Virus record (IMG/VR): IMGVR_UViG_3300022072_000008
Coordinates: 1 to 63,709 of that record
Length of the DNA: 63,709 nt
Reading direction: 5' to 3' (one strand)
From: a virus
Lineage: Duplodnaviria; Caudoviricetes
In this document: positions 18,088 to 27,118 of the stretch, one piece after another
Numbering within the stretch: position 1 is the stretch's first letter
Layout of the letters: every line of letters starts with the position of its first letter
The notes under the pieces: model-generated
Database searches by the model: none
What the model was told of the DNA's origin: nothing
What the model saw: only the letters and a program-made list of their open reading frames with translations
Program-made: the position numbers and the translations under genes

Positions 18088-19458
18088 CTATGCTGCTTTA
18101 GTGATCTGATTGAACAACGACAACAGGTCATTCATACGTGTCATCTTCTCGCCAAGTCGCTCGTACACTTTGGTTTCGTGTGTGTCACGGGCTGCGATCA
18201 TGATGGTTTCGGTCTTTTGTGTCTGGCCTGCACGATAGATACGGCGGTTCATCTGCTGGAAGTGCTCGGCATTGTACGATGGGCTACACCAGATGGTCGT
18301 AGTGCCCTTGGTCAATGTCAGTCCGTGACCAGCGGCCTGCGGGTGACAGAAAATAACCTGGAGCTTACCGGCTTGGTAGTCGCGAACGATCTCAGTACGT
18401 CGAGCAACGGGCACTGTGCCGTCGATGTAGGCATACTCGATACCTAGCTTGTCAGCTAACTTGCAGAGCTCAACGCGCTCATGTCGCCAGTTGAAGGCAA
18501 CAAGACTGTGCTTGCGTGCAGCAACAAGTTCCATTACGAGATCATAGCGCTGTGTATGAAACACTTTGCTGATACCGTCTTCGTTGTAGATGGCACCTGT
18601 GCATAACTGCAACAGCTTTTTGACCTTGGCTCCTGCATGGATGGCATTGATCGTCTCACCGTCTTTGGTGTCGATCATAGAGTCCCATGCAAAATCTCGG
18701 TATTGCTTGAGCAATGCTGGTGGTAAGTCGATGTACATGGTGTGCTCTGTATTTTGTGGAACATCAATACAGTCCTCGAAACGAAAACGTATGGAGATGT
18801 CTTTGAGCATGCCTGCGACAGCATCTTCTGAGCCGGGCTTGTCTTTCCACTGAACCATGCGTGGGTCAGGACCAACTTGCTGTGGTGAACATACCTGAGA
18901 GCGATAACCCCAGTAGCTTTTGCCAAGGCGTTCGCCGTCGTCGACAAGCTTGGCAGGGTGCCACATGTCTAAGATGGTGTTGGCATTGGGTGTGCCTGAC
19001 ATAATGATGCGGTGCTTGAATGTATCCACTAACTTAGCAATTGCTTTGGAGCGTTGGCTGGTGGAATTCTTGAAGGCTGTAAACTCGTCAATGCACAACC
19101 ATGAGAAACCGTCGAGAACGTCTGGGTTATTGACAAGCCACTTGACTGCATCGTGGTTGGTAATAGTAATGTCTACATTCTCTGAGAACATCTTGGCTCG
19201 GTTCTTAGCGTACGCAACAGCGTACTTGAGCTCTGGATTGAACTGCTCGATGTCGTCACCCCAGCTAGGCTGAAGGATAGACAGCGGCGCAATGACAAGC
19301 ATCTTACCGTCTTTGTTTTCTGTGTAAGCCTGCAGAACTGAGCGGGTCTTACCAGTGCCAGGATCTGATGTCACAATCACACGGTCATTAGCTGCAATGA
19401 AGTCTGATGTGACACGCTGATGCTTGTATAAAGCTGGTGTAGTTTTGAAGAAGTCCAT
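18088..19458 (-). CDS. SNF2-family (SF2) helicase
   Basis: DPGTGKT, IDEFTAFKN, MSGTP, GHGLTL, QMNRRIYRAGQ. Confidence 0.93.
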   Translation of the reverse strand: MDFFKTTPALYKHQRVTSDFIAANDRVIVTSDPGTGKTRSVLQAYTENKDGKMLVIAPLSILQPSWGDDIEQFNPELKYAVAYAKNRAKMFSENVDITITNHDAVKWLVNNPDVLDGFSWLCIDEFTAFKNSTSQRSKAIAKLVDTFKHRIIMSGTPNANTILDMWHPAKLVDDGERLGKSYWGYRSQVCSPQQVGPDPRMVQWKDKPGSEDAVAGMLKDISIRFRFEDCIDVPQNTEHTMYIDLPPALLKQYRDFAWDSMIDTKDGETINAIHAGAKVKKLLQLCTGAIYNEDGISKVFHTQRYDLVMELVAARKHSLVAFNWRHERVELCKLADKLGIEYAYIDGTVPVARRTEIVRDYQAGKLQVIFCHPQAAGHGLTLTKGTTTIWCSPSYNAEHFQQMNRRIYRAGQTQKTETIMIAARDTHETKVYERLGEKMTRMNDLLSLFNQITKAA

Positions 19459-19463
19459 AATAG

Positions 19464-19625
19464 TTATGCCCCGTTCAATATAAAGGTAAGGTTGTCTTTT
19501 ATCTCGCGAACATATTCATCATAAGACAAAGGTATTTCGCCAGTGTCTTCAAGAGAGTCGACATACCATTCGTAGTGCTCTTTTAATTCACTTGGGCTAA
19601 CGTCTTTTAGTTTGATTGGTTCCAT
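19464..19625 (-). CDS. Small acidic protein (53 aa; not in ORF track), paralog of 28361..28630
   Basis: AGGAGG RBS; EHYEWYVDSLEDTGEIPLSYDEY. Confidence 0.65.
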   Translation of the reverse strand: MEPIKLKDVSPSELKEHYEWYVDSLEDTGEIPLSYDEYVREIKDNLTFILNGA

Positions 19626-19633
19626 GAGTCCTC

Positions 19634-19939
19634 CTAGTTAGCAGCGACCCAACGTAACGTTGGGCGGCGTAGCTTTATATTTTTAACTGAGTACAGGACC
19701 CAACGGCATGACAGCTTTTTGTAACTTACAAATTGCTTGGCAATGATGAGAACAACACTGATGAACAAGCCACCGATGATCGCTGCCATCATGCCGCTGT
19801 AAGTGCCAGCGAATACATACATGAGTCCAATGGTGGCAACGATGTCGATGAGTATGTCGAAGCCTAAAATATTATTGAAGCCGACCTTATACAGCAGGAA
19901 TATAATCCCCAGTGCGGTTAGCAAACCGGCGCTTAACAT
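19634..19939 (-). CDS. Membrane protein (about 3 TM)
   Basis: Three hydrophobic segments; AGTYSGMMAAIIGG. Confidence 0.65.
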   Translation of the reverse strand: MLSAGLLTALGIIFLLYKVGFNNILGFDILIDIVATIGLMYVFAGTYSGMMAAIIGGLFISVVLIIAKQFVSYKKLSCRWVLYSVKNIKLRRPTLRWVAAN

Positions 19940-20045
19940 CGCGATACCTCTCTATTAAGAACTGAACACAGTTCATGGCTAGTGTGAAAATGTCATAGGC
20001 ATAAGCAGCCCAGATAAGAAAATTAATAAGTACGGTCTTGAGCAT
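19887..20045 (-). CDS. Small hydrophobic protein
   Basis: Possible start ATG 20045 with GGAG upstream; overlaps both neighbours. Confidence 0.35.
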   Translation of the reverse strand: MLKTVLINFLIWAAYAYDIFTLAMNCVQFLIERYRDVKRRFANRTGDYIPAV

Positions 20046-20229
20046 AAGACGAAATCTCCCATAATAATTTGATAAGCAACGCAGCAATGAGCAGCACCAT
20101 AACGGTAGTAGTAACAAAGCTGAGTGCACTGGATAGTAGTGATAAAGCTACTGTGATCGTCGTAGCGATAGCTGCGTATTTAAGGCAACGATCGTTGGAC
20201 AATGTCTTGAGTCGTGAATAAATGGTCAT
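20023..20229 (-). CDS. Small membrane protein (2 TM)
   Basis: GGAGG RBS; long hydrophobic stretch. Confidence 0.55.
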   Translation of the reverse strand: MTIYSRLKTLSNDRCLKYAAIATTITVALSLLSSALSFVTTTVMVLLIAALLIKLLWEISSYAQDRTY

Positions 20230-20427
20230 AGATCCTCCATGGATAAGAATAGAAAAATTGCAGAGTCACCAAAGCAAGGATTTGGAGTTGTAAGTTAAAA
20301 AAGGTTAGCAGCCTACTTACAAACTTCCGCCGCGTACTGCTCGGCTCAGAGAAACTTCGGCCTCTGCTGCGGGTGTTATTAGCCCCACCGCCCGCTGGGG
20401 TAATTCTTGGTTTATATAAACTACTAT

Positions 20428-21195
20428 TTAGTCTATAACGCCCCATTCGCATGAACCGTCTTTGGCGTAGTGACACCACTTACAGTTTTGGCGCGAGGGT
20501 TTAGGTTCGAAGTCTGTGCATGACGTCATAGTGAGGGCTCGTTTATTGAGCTTAGGCCAGAACATCATGGCTTGTTCACGGGTATATGCTTGGATCGTGG
20601 GCCCGTGATTCTGATCCAGATACCAAAGCTCGGTCTCTATGTATTCCATTTTGGGGAAGCGCATAAACGACGCAATTGCGTACGTCATGAGCTGAGCGCC
20701 GTGCTTTAGTTCGTTATTCCATTTCTTGCCTGTCTTATGGTCGATAGCACGACCTGACGTTTCGCTTTCCGTAACGAATGCATCTAACTTAATGCGTGCC
20801 CAGGTGTCAGGGACAGCCCAACCTGTTGGTTCCCAGGATTGTGTAAAGCCCCAATCACCTTCGACTTCGACTTTGCCATCTTCGTAGTCCTTGCGCAGTT
20901 GCTTGAAACTCTCTGTGTATTTAGATAACTCGTCGGGTAACTCGCCTACAAAACCTTGAACGTAGTCCTCTGCAAGTGTGTGAATAGCTGTACCACGATC
21001 GGCAGCACTGCCTGATGGCTCTGGGATTTTCTCTACTTTGTTGAGGTACACACGGTATGGGCACTCTTCAAATTTGGTGAGGGTAGAAAACGACCACGCT
21101 TTGATAGGTCCAAGTATTTGTAACGCATCTGCTTGTGCTGTCGCTTCTGCGTCTACTTTATTTTGGTCAGGTCTATCGCTTGCAAAAAAGTCCAT
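20428..21195 (-). CDS. PD-(D/E)XK exonuclease (RecB/Cas4-like)
   Basis: WSFS.L..FEECP, RGTAIH, KLDA..IDHKTGK, Q...YA and C-terminal P.P...CKWC....C. Confidence 0.85.
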   Translation of the reverse strand: MDFFASDRPDQNKVDAEATAQADALQILGPIKAWSFSTLTKFEECPYRVYLNKVEKIPEPSGSAADRGTAIHTLAEDYVQGFVGELPDELSKYTESFKQLRKDYEDGKVEVEGDWGFTQSWEPTGWAVPDTWARIKLDAFVTESETSGRAIDHKTGKKWNNELKHGAQLMTYAIASFMRFPKMEYIETELWYLDQNHGPTIQAYTREQAMMFWPKLNKRALTMTSCTDFEPKPSRQNCKWCHYAKDGSCEWGVID

Positions 21196-21210
21196 ATCAA
21201 TGCTCCGTGT

Positions 21211-23742
21211 TTAATGTAATGGGTTGCCGTGACAAATTGTTTCTTTGTCTGTGGGTGAGAAGTGGTGGTCAATTAGTTCTTGTTTATCAAAATCTACTAA
21301 ACGAAACGTTTTTATTAAGCCTCGTCTACGAATTTTGTCAGAGCACTTTACGCGTTCTGTAATTACGCCACGCTTGCCTAGCATTCTTGCGAATTTTTCT
21401 TTACTAAACGCACCGTTTTCAATTGAATTGCACAAGGTGTAGAGCTCTTGGTTAGTTACTGCTATTTCTTGGCCTTCGTTAAACACCCAGTTTTTAACAA
21501 TACGTTCTGAATTAAGTTGTGTGTTTACATCGTAATCACGGCTTAAAGAAGCATCGACACTAAGAATTTTCTCAACGAAATAATCTAAGTTGCTGGTTTT
21601 GATTGCAGTAATAAAGTGATCAATCCATGTCATGGATGCGTCACGCATAAGCTGTTTAGCACTGTTATCTAATGGCTGGTATGCTTGGATAGGATCAGCT
21701 TCAAACGCGTTAACAAACTCAACTAAATTCATAAGTTCTTTGTCACGATTCTTTTTAAGGTCCTGCATCATGTTTGGGTAAGCAGCTAAGATAGGAACTT
21801 CTTGGCGCTTGCCGATGTTGAAACGTCTGTCTGTAGCAGATAAACGAATGACTTCAATCTCATTTGAGTTAAAGCACATGTTGGCGTACAACCTAACTTG
21901 ACGTTGAGCCTGTCGCATACCGCGAACAGTACCGAAGGTTTCCGTTACCATATGTTTAAGCTTGTTCATCATCTTGTTAGAAGATGCGCTGTCGGTCAGT
22001 TTGAATTCGTCAACAACTAAAAACAAAGTGTGTTCTTCGAAGTCGTTGAATTGATCTTCGACGTTTTCTAACGTCTTGTAGCCTGCATGTTTGCCATACA
22101 ACTGATGAATAATTTGATGGAAGAATAAGCCTTTGCCTGTACCCTCAATTCCTGTGAACACCCACGCTGTCGTCAGCTTTTGTTTCGTCTGGAAGGCATA
22201 CGCAAACCAGTTGAAGAAATGCTCGAATTCCGGATCGCTGGACCCGACCATGTGATACATGATTGCGTACAGCGTGGGGCTGCATTTTTTTAATAGATAA
22301 CCTCGTCCGTATTCAAGCGTGTGCTCATCTTCTGCAGAGAGTTCTCTGTGGCGCAGAAACTTGGTCGGTTCATACGTGTTTACAAATTGATTCTCAATAT
22401 CTAACTGCACGTTAGTTTGTGGATCAAAAACACGATCCCAATCGGGTATAGGTTCGGGTACTTCCTCGCCATGGTTAGCCATAAAATCTTTTAAGTTAGC
22501 GCGTCTAGTAGCGTTTAATTTCATGATAAGGTCATTGTTTGTGTCATACGTCAGGGCATAATGCTCGTCCGATGTAGCGTCACGAAACACATAAGGTGCT
22601 GGGATGTTTGCGGCAGTGATCCGCTCACTGAACTGTTCACAAATCGACTTATAAAAATCCATGTCTACGTCTTTCATTCTGAACGGAGGTTCATCTTTGA
22701 AGTTGTAAACGATTTGTGGATTGTCTATTGGCCAGTAATAAGCGTTGCTGTCGCCCATACGCCCATCTTTGTCTTGGATGTTAGCGTAGACATAACCTGA
22801 TGAGTCGTTGACATAAGCTAACTGCATTAACGCACGATCTGGATTAGCAACAATCTCTACCGTCCTGCCACTACTTCTAATGCTTTGCATGTCAGCAGTT
22901 TTATGAGCAAGGCCAGCGTCTTTACGGACTTTCTTTAATGCTTTAGCGGCAAGTAGTTTGATCTGATCTTCTGTACAGCCTACAAGCAATGGCATGAGGT
23001 CAATGATCGCTGCTTGTTTCTCTACGAGTACAATGCGGTCGTTATCATCTAATCGTTTTTCTACACCTGTCATGATTGGTGGAGCGATATAGATTAACTT
23101 AGAATTATCTGCCACGGTTCGATCACAAGGATAGATGAGCGCTGTGCCGTTGCTGCTCATATTTAACTGATCGTTAAAGATGGGAGAGTCAAAGTTGAGC
23201 TTAGTCAGCCAACCTTTTAATGTCTTAGGATGCACTGGGTTAGCCAGCATGAAATCCAAGTGCATGGATAACCGATCAGCTTTCATACCAGTAGAAGCAC
23301 TGGCTGTCGCAATGTAACTTATATTGTGGAGCTCTTCAGGAAGGAGCTTTACAAGGTACTCAGCGGCAAACATTATATTAGCTCTGCTTATAACACCAGT
23401 CGTAGGATAATTAGGCGTAACGCCAAATTCCTTAGCCTTAACTAAGTCAAGGTTGTCGATGTCTATAGTCATCCAATCACAAACAAGATTCGTTTGTGTT
23501 TGGCCTGCGCGAGATTGCTCTTCCAGGTTTTTCTTGAGCTGACCCCGAAGTAGGGCATGACCTTTGGCTGCATGGTTAACCATGAGCTTATGCATCTGCT
23601 TTAAGCCGCTGGATGAGTTGGCTACTTCGTAGACGTGCGAGTCAAAGGTTTTGACTTGTGGGTAGCTTTTTTTGGAGGTGGGGGTGAATTCTTTTGCAAG
23701 ACGAACGCCGTTGCTCGCCTGCATGAATGTAAGAACGCTCAT
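21211..23742 (-). CDS. Primase-helicase (primase/polymerase N-terminus plus SF3-like NTPase)
   Basis: DID and MH motifs in the N-terminal domain; Walker A GIEGTGKG, Walker B LVVDE, SN and DRRF. Confidence 0.8.
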   Translation of the reverse strand: MSVLTFMQASNGVRLAKEFTPTSKKSYPQVKTFDSHVYEVANSSSGLKQMHKLMVNHAAKGHALLRGQLKKNLEEQSRAGQTQTNLVCDWMTIDIDNLDLVKAKEFGVTPNYPTTGVISRANIMFAAEYLVKLLPEELHNISYIATASASTGMKADRLSMHLDFMLANPVHPKTLKGWLTKLNFDSPIFNDQLNMSSNGTALIYPCDRTVADNSKLIYIAPPIMTGVEKRLDDNDRIVLVEKQAAIIDLMPLLVGCTEDQIKLLAAKALKKVRKDAGLAHKTADMQSIRSSGRTVEIVANPDRALMQLAYVNDSSGYVYANIQDKDGRMGDSNAYYWPIDNPQIVYNFKDEPPFRMKDVDMDFYKSICEQFSERITAANIPAPYVFRDATSDEHYALTYDTNNDLIMKLNATRRANLKDFMANHGEEVPEPIPDWDRVFDPQTNVQLDIENQFVNTYEPTKFLRHRELSAEDEHTLEYGRGYLLKKCSPTLYAIMYHMVGSSDPEFEHFFNWFAYAFQTKQKLTTAWVFTGIEGTGKGLFFHQIIHQLYGKHAGYKTLENVEDQFNDFEEHTLFLVVDEFKLTDSASSNKMMNKLKHMVTETFGTVRGMRQAQRQVRLYANMCFNSNEIEVIRLSATDRRFNIGKRQEVPILAAYPNMMQDLKKNRDKELMNLVEFVNAFEADPIQAYQPLDNSAKQLMRDASMTWIDHFITAIKTSNLDYFVEKILSVDASLSRDYDVNTQLNSERIVKNWVFNEGQEIAVTNQELYTLCNSIENGAFSKEKFARMLGKRGVITERVKCSDKIRRRGLIKTFRLVDFDKQELIDHHFSPTDKETICHGNPLH
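23376..23392 (-). promoter_or_regulatory. Intragenic copy of the 17-bp palindrome
   Basis: Minus strand TATAAGC-AGA-GCTAATA inside the primase CDS; identical to the 13486 site. Confidence 0.6.
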
Positions 23743-23771
23743 TATTTATTTCCCGTCAGATAGCGTACTAG

Positions 23772-23792
23772 AATATAAGCATTGCTTATATT
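23772..23792. promoter_or_regulatory. Perfect palindromic site upstream of primase
   Basis: AATATAAGC-ATT-GCTTATATT. Confidence 0.75.
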
Positions 23793-23833
23793 ACTCAAGC
23801 GTTAATATATAACTTTTTGTTATAGGGGTATAA

Positions 23834-24022
23834 CTAGTTAATATTATGACGACGGTTGTACACTTCTTCGCGGTCGATAATGATCTCAGGAGGGGCTTCA
23901 AAACTGAGGCGTATCTGCCCGTTTTTCTGTCCTTGTAATACGGTAACTTTTATTAAGCCCGTGTCAGTTTGGATAAATACTCGCTGCATCTCATTACGCG
24001 TTAATACCAAATTGCCGTTCAT
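23834..24022 (-). CDS. csrA: CsrA/RsmA-like RNA-binding regulator
   Basis: LVLTR...I...IKVTVL...GQIRLSFEAPPEIIIDREE matches the CsrA fold signature; start MNGNLVLTR. Confidence 0.8.
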   Translation of the reverse strand: MNGNLVLTRNEMQRVFIQTDTGLIKVTVLQGQKNGQIRLSFEAPPEIIIDREEVYNRRHNIN

Positions 24023-24035
24023 TGTAAAATGTCCT

Positions 24036-25883
24036 TTATTTACTGTAGTTGTCCGCATAGCCGCCTTCTGCGTCTAAGGGTAAAGCGGAGGCCCAGACAG
24101 GGGGAGTACGCATAATGTCGTACATCTTATTTATCGTCTGGTCTGGGTTGGCTTGTGAAGCTATGCCCACAAGTTCATCGTGAACCTGCAATACGATACG
24201 CCCACCAATGCTGGTGAGGTAATCGTCAGCTGCAAGCATCTGATCTGTGACTACGATGCGAGCAAGAGCCTGTGTGATGTTTTCACACAGCTTGCCGCCG
24301 TAGATCTTAGTCTTGTGTCTGCCCGAGCCATACACGGTCTCTCGTCCCTCAGTCCGTAGGTCTGGGTAACGAAGGTACATGCCATTGGGCAGTTTAATTT
24401 TTTGGTACTGAATAATAAGAGGGCCGAACGCGAAGTTAGCATGCTTGTTCTGCATTGCTGTGCACGCGTTTTGGCAACGCTTCCAGTACTCTGTAATGCG
24501 TGAGTTGGCGGATCTATACAGATCGACAATGCCTTGCACTTCGTGTTGTTCAAGACTCACTGGTGGTCCAAGCGCACCCATCTTGAGGGTGTCTCTAAAC
24601 TTGTCAGCGCCCATGCCATAGCCTAAGCCAAGCACTGCACACTTCCCAAGGAAGCGTTCGGCATTGTCCACGCCTTTGATAATAGGGCGGTGGTATATTT
24701 TGCTGGCGAAGTCGCAATAGACATCGCCTTTTGCATTAAACACATCGAGCATTGATCGCTGGTCAGCGAGCCATGCCAACATCCTGGCCTCAATGTTGGA
24801 GCTGTCTGCGACATACACAAGGCTGCCTTTGGGAGCACACAGTGACTTACGTAACTCACTACCTCGTTTAAGGTTCTGTAAGTTAAGCTTCTCACCGCCG
24901 CTGTAGCGGCCAGTGTGTGCACCATAGTAGTTTAAAGCTGCAGGTATAAGACCACGGCACCGATCAGCAGTAAGCAGAAGCCTGTCTGCCCGAGTAACTT
25001 CGCCGGTTGATTTAACCGCTTTACGAGCCGTCCAGATAGGCTCGTAATCAGAGTTATCGCGCTGGAGTTTTTGAAAGCCGAGATCGGTTTTACCAAGCGC
25101 ATGCGTAGGCTTACCTGTAGTAGGAGAAATCTTACTCGGCACTTTAACTTTAAAAAGTGTAAGTAGCTCAGCAAACTGTTTATTTGAGGAGAATATTTTT
25201 GGGTCTTCATAGACTGTTTCCAACTGATCAGTGATGAAAGTCAATCCATGTTCGATGAGCGCTGTGCGTTGCTCAGCGGAGATAGCAGCGTGCGCAGCAA
25301 CTCTCTCCCTATCCAATACTATCGCGGGTTCTACAAACATCTTAGTAGTAAGATGAATGAGATCCTGCTCGCTTTGAGGGAAGTGGCCGATCATCTGCTG
25401 GTAGCAATGATAGGTGAGGTGAGTGTCTTGTATACAGTAGCCTTTAATCAACTGCGAAAGCGCATCGTCGAAGTCTAGGATGCCTTTGCTGTCTGCTAGC
25501 TCATCACCTTTACGCATTGTGTCATCGTCTGGGAACAGACGGATGCACAACTCTTTAAGAGAGGCCGACTCAAAGGGGAAAAGAGCCTTGGCCATTGATC
25601 GTGTGTCTGCATAACGCGTTGGGTATAGCCCATAGTGGTGGTGCAGAATGAATGCGTCGAACTTAGTGTTCTGGCATATCAGTGTGCAAGGCTCATCGAG
25701 CGCCGCGCGCAGTGCCGATGCCATAGCATCGCCTGTAAAGTATAAAGGGGCACCATCGTTGATCTGAATAGACACGCCGTGCGCTTTGAAGCGCTCGTCG
25801 GTGACGTATTCGATGGTGTTCATCTTGCGAAGAGTGTAATCCTTGTCGTAGTAAGTCTCGAAGTCTAATGTAACGAGTTTCAT
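24036..25883 (-). CDS. polA: DNA polymerase, family A
   Basis: ExoI LDFET, TGRYS, NLQNL, motif A DSSNIEAR, motif B RFLGKCAVLGLGYG, motif C VHDE. Confidence 0.93.
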   Translation of the reverse strand: MKLVTLDFETYYDKDYTLRKMNTIEYVTDERFKAHGVSIQINDGAPLYFTGDAMASALRAALDEPCTLICQNTKFDAFILHHHYGLYPTRYADTRSMAKALFPFESASLKELCIRLFPDDDTMRKGDELADSKGILDFDDALSQLIKGYCIQDTHLTYHCYQQMIGHFPQSEQDLIHLTTKMFVEPAIVLDRERVAAHAAISAEQRTALIEHGLTFITDQLETVYEDPKIFSSNKQFAELLTLFKVKVPSKISPTTGKPTHALGKTDLGFQKLQRDNSDYEPIWTARKAVKSTGEVTRADRLLLTADRCRGLIPAALNYYGAHTGRYSGGEKLNLQNLKRGSELRKSLCAPKGSLVYVADSSNIEARMLAWLADQRSMLDVFNAKGDVYCDFASKIYHRPIIKGVDNAERFLGKCAVLGLGYGMGADKFRDTLKMGALGPPVSLEQHEVQGIVDLYRSANSRITEYWKRCQNACTAMQNKHANFAFGPLIIQYQKIKLPNGMYLRYPDLRTEGRETVYGSGRHKTKIYGGKLCENITQALARIVVTDQMLAADDYLTSIGGRIVLQVHDELVGIASQANPDQTINKMYDIMRTPPVWASALPLDAEGGYADNYSK

Positions 25884-25910
25884 GTTTTGTCTTCCATGAG
25901 ATGAGAGGGT

Positions 25911-26117
25911 TTATTCTAATTCTTGCTCTGGTGCACCAGCCATTGGCCGCTGCTCGATGGTGAATGGCTGGTTAGCCAATCGTAATCGGTCTAATAGTGT
26001 TTGTTTATTGATGCGTTTCCCGCCGGGCAATGCCATAACATTAGGTTGTCCGGGTATTTCAGGGATGATGCACCCGTTAGTGCGGATGCAGTAGTACAAT
26101 TCATACCCGGGTTTCAT
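25911..26117 (-). CDS. Hypothetical protein
   Basis: ORF between the palindrome pair and the polymerase. Confidence 0.5.
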   Translation of the reverse strand: MKPGYELYYCIRTNGCIIPEIPGQPNVMALPGGKRINKQTLLDRLRLANQPFTIEQRPMAGAPEQELE

Positions 26118-26166
26118 AATGGCTCTGCTTATATGTTGTCAGAGACTAGTATAAGCTGTGCTTATG
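26117..26166. promoter_or_regulatory. Tandem pair of palindromic sites
   Basis: TAATGGC-TCT-GCTTATA (26117-26133, imperfect) and TATAAGC-TGT-GCTTATG (26150-26166). Confidence 0.65.
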
Positions 26167-26182
26167 TAATAAGGCAATGCCG

Positions 26183-26488
26183 TTAGGCATATTTTGTGTT
26201 GGATGCGAAGAATTCCATGCCTGCTTGATGGGAAACTAACTCGACTCCTGGCTTTTCCCAAAAGGCGTCGTGCAAAGCAGCGTTCCAGAAAGTTTTTACA
26301 GTGTCAGACACTGGTACGTCACGGTCCATGTAAGCACCGTCAAACTGCACATCAAACACTACATCGAAACCGTCGATGAGCTTTTCGTATCTGAGTACAT
26401 GTTTGCCAATAACAATCTCAATTGTATTACCTAGAGGCATAGTGACGTGTTCGGATATTTTAATCAGGTTAAGATCAAAAAGATTCAT
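26183..26488 (-). CDS. Hypothetical protein
   Basis: AGGAG RBS. Confidence 0.6.
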   Translation of the reverse strand: MNLFDLNLIKISEHVTMPLGNTIEIVIGKHVLRYEKLIDGFDVVFDVQFDGAYMDRDVPVSDTVKTFWNAALHDAFWEKPGVELVSHQAGMEFFASNTKYA

Positions 26489-26497
26489 GAGGTTCTC

Positions 26498-26623
26498 CTA
26501 CCAGTGAGTTTGGAATTTTGATAAATCATTAGATAGCATTTTTTCGTACATCAGATCTTCGTCTTCAGCAAAATGCCAGTGGGATAATAAGTTATTAAGT
26601 TGTTGAGTTTTTTTGGTGCGCAT
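26498..26623 (-). CDS. Small hypothetical protein (41 aa; not in ORF track)
   Basis: GGAG RBS; MRTKKTQQLNNLLSHWHF... Confidence 0.5.
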   Translation of the reverse strand: MRTKKTQQLNNLLSHWHFAEDEDLMYEKMLSNDLSKFQTHW

Positions 26624-26660
26624 AATAGTTCTCCATAAATATGCAACGCCTTGGACAATT

Positions 26661-26870
26661 TTACAATTGGTCGCTAGGCATGTGGATATGACTACAAGCT
26701 GAACGACGATTTGCAGCAGTGGTTAATGTGGGTTGCAAAGTGCAAGATGCGCTAGTGCGTAAAGGTATTAATTGAGACATACGGTCTGTAAAGACAATGT
26801 GCCAGCTCCAGATGTTTTCTGACATCCAATGCAGTTTTTTACACCGCATTTTGCTTAGGTTAAATAACAT
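26661..26870 (-). CDS. Hypothetical protein
   Basis: AAATGGAGTTA RBS before ATG 26870. Confidence 0.45.
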   Translation of the reverse strand: MLFNLSKMRCKKLHWMSENIWSWHIVFTDRMSQLIPLRTSASCTLQPTLTTAANRRSACSHIHMPSDQL

Positions 26871-26894
26871 GATTAACTCCATTTATTAATGTTG

Positions 26895-27113
26895 TCAGAA
26901 GACGAGATTGTCCTCTGACTTTTGGCGAAGAGCGTCGACTATATCGAGCGCTACCCCTATATTACGTTCGTCTTCAGGCTCTCTTAGCCTAAATGCGTAC
27001 GCTACAATCTGTAATTGAGCGATGTCGTCGTCAGTGAGCACTGATTGCGAGTAGTAACTACCCTCAAGGGCGTCGACTATTGCGAAATATTCATGTGCTT
27101 TGACAAAACGCAT
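26895..27113 (-). CDS. Hypothetical protein
   Basis: Tight operon spacing. Confidence 0.55.
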   Translation of the reverse strand: MRFVKAHEYFAIVDALEGSYYSQSVLTDDDIAQLQIVAYAFRLREPEDERNIGVALDIVDALRQKSEDNLVF

Positions 27114-27118
27114 CGTGA

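Noticed and set aside
20300-20400. Self-cleaving ribozyme (twister or hammerhead)
   Set aside because: A UAACAC segment is present but the remaining catalytic-core consensus was not found.
24036-25883. Intein, intron or stop-codon recoding in core genes
   Set aside because: Polymerase, helicase, terminase and capsid genes are compact and uninterrupted under the standard code.
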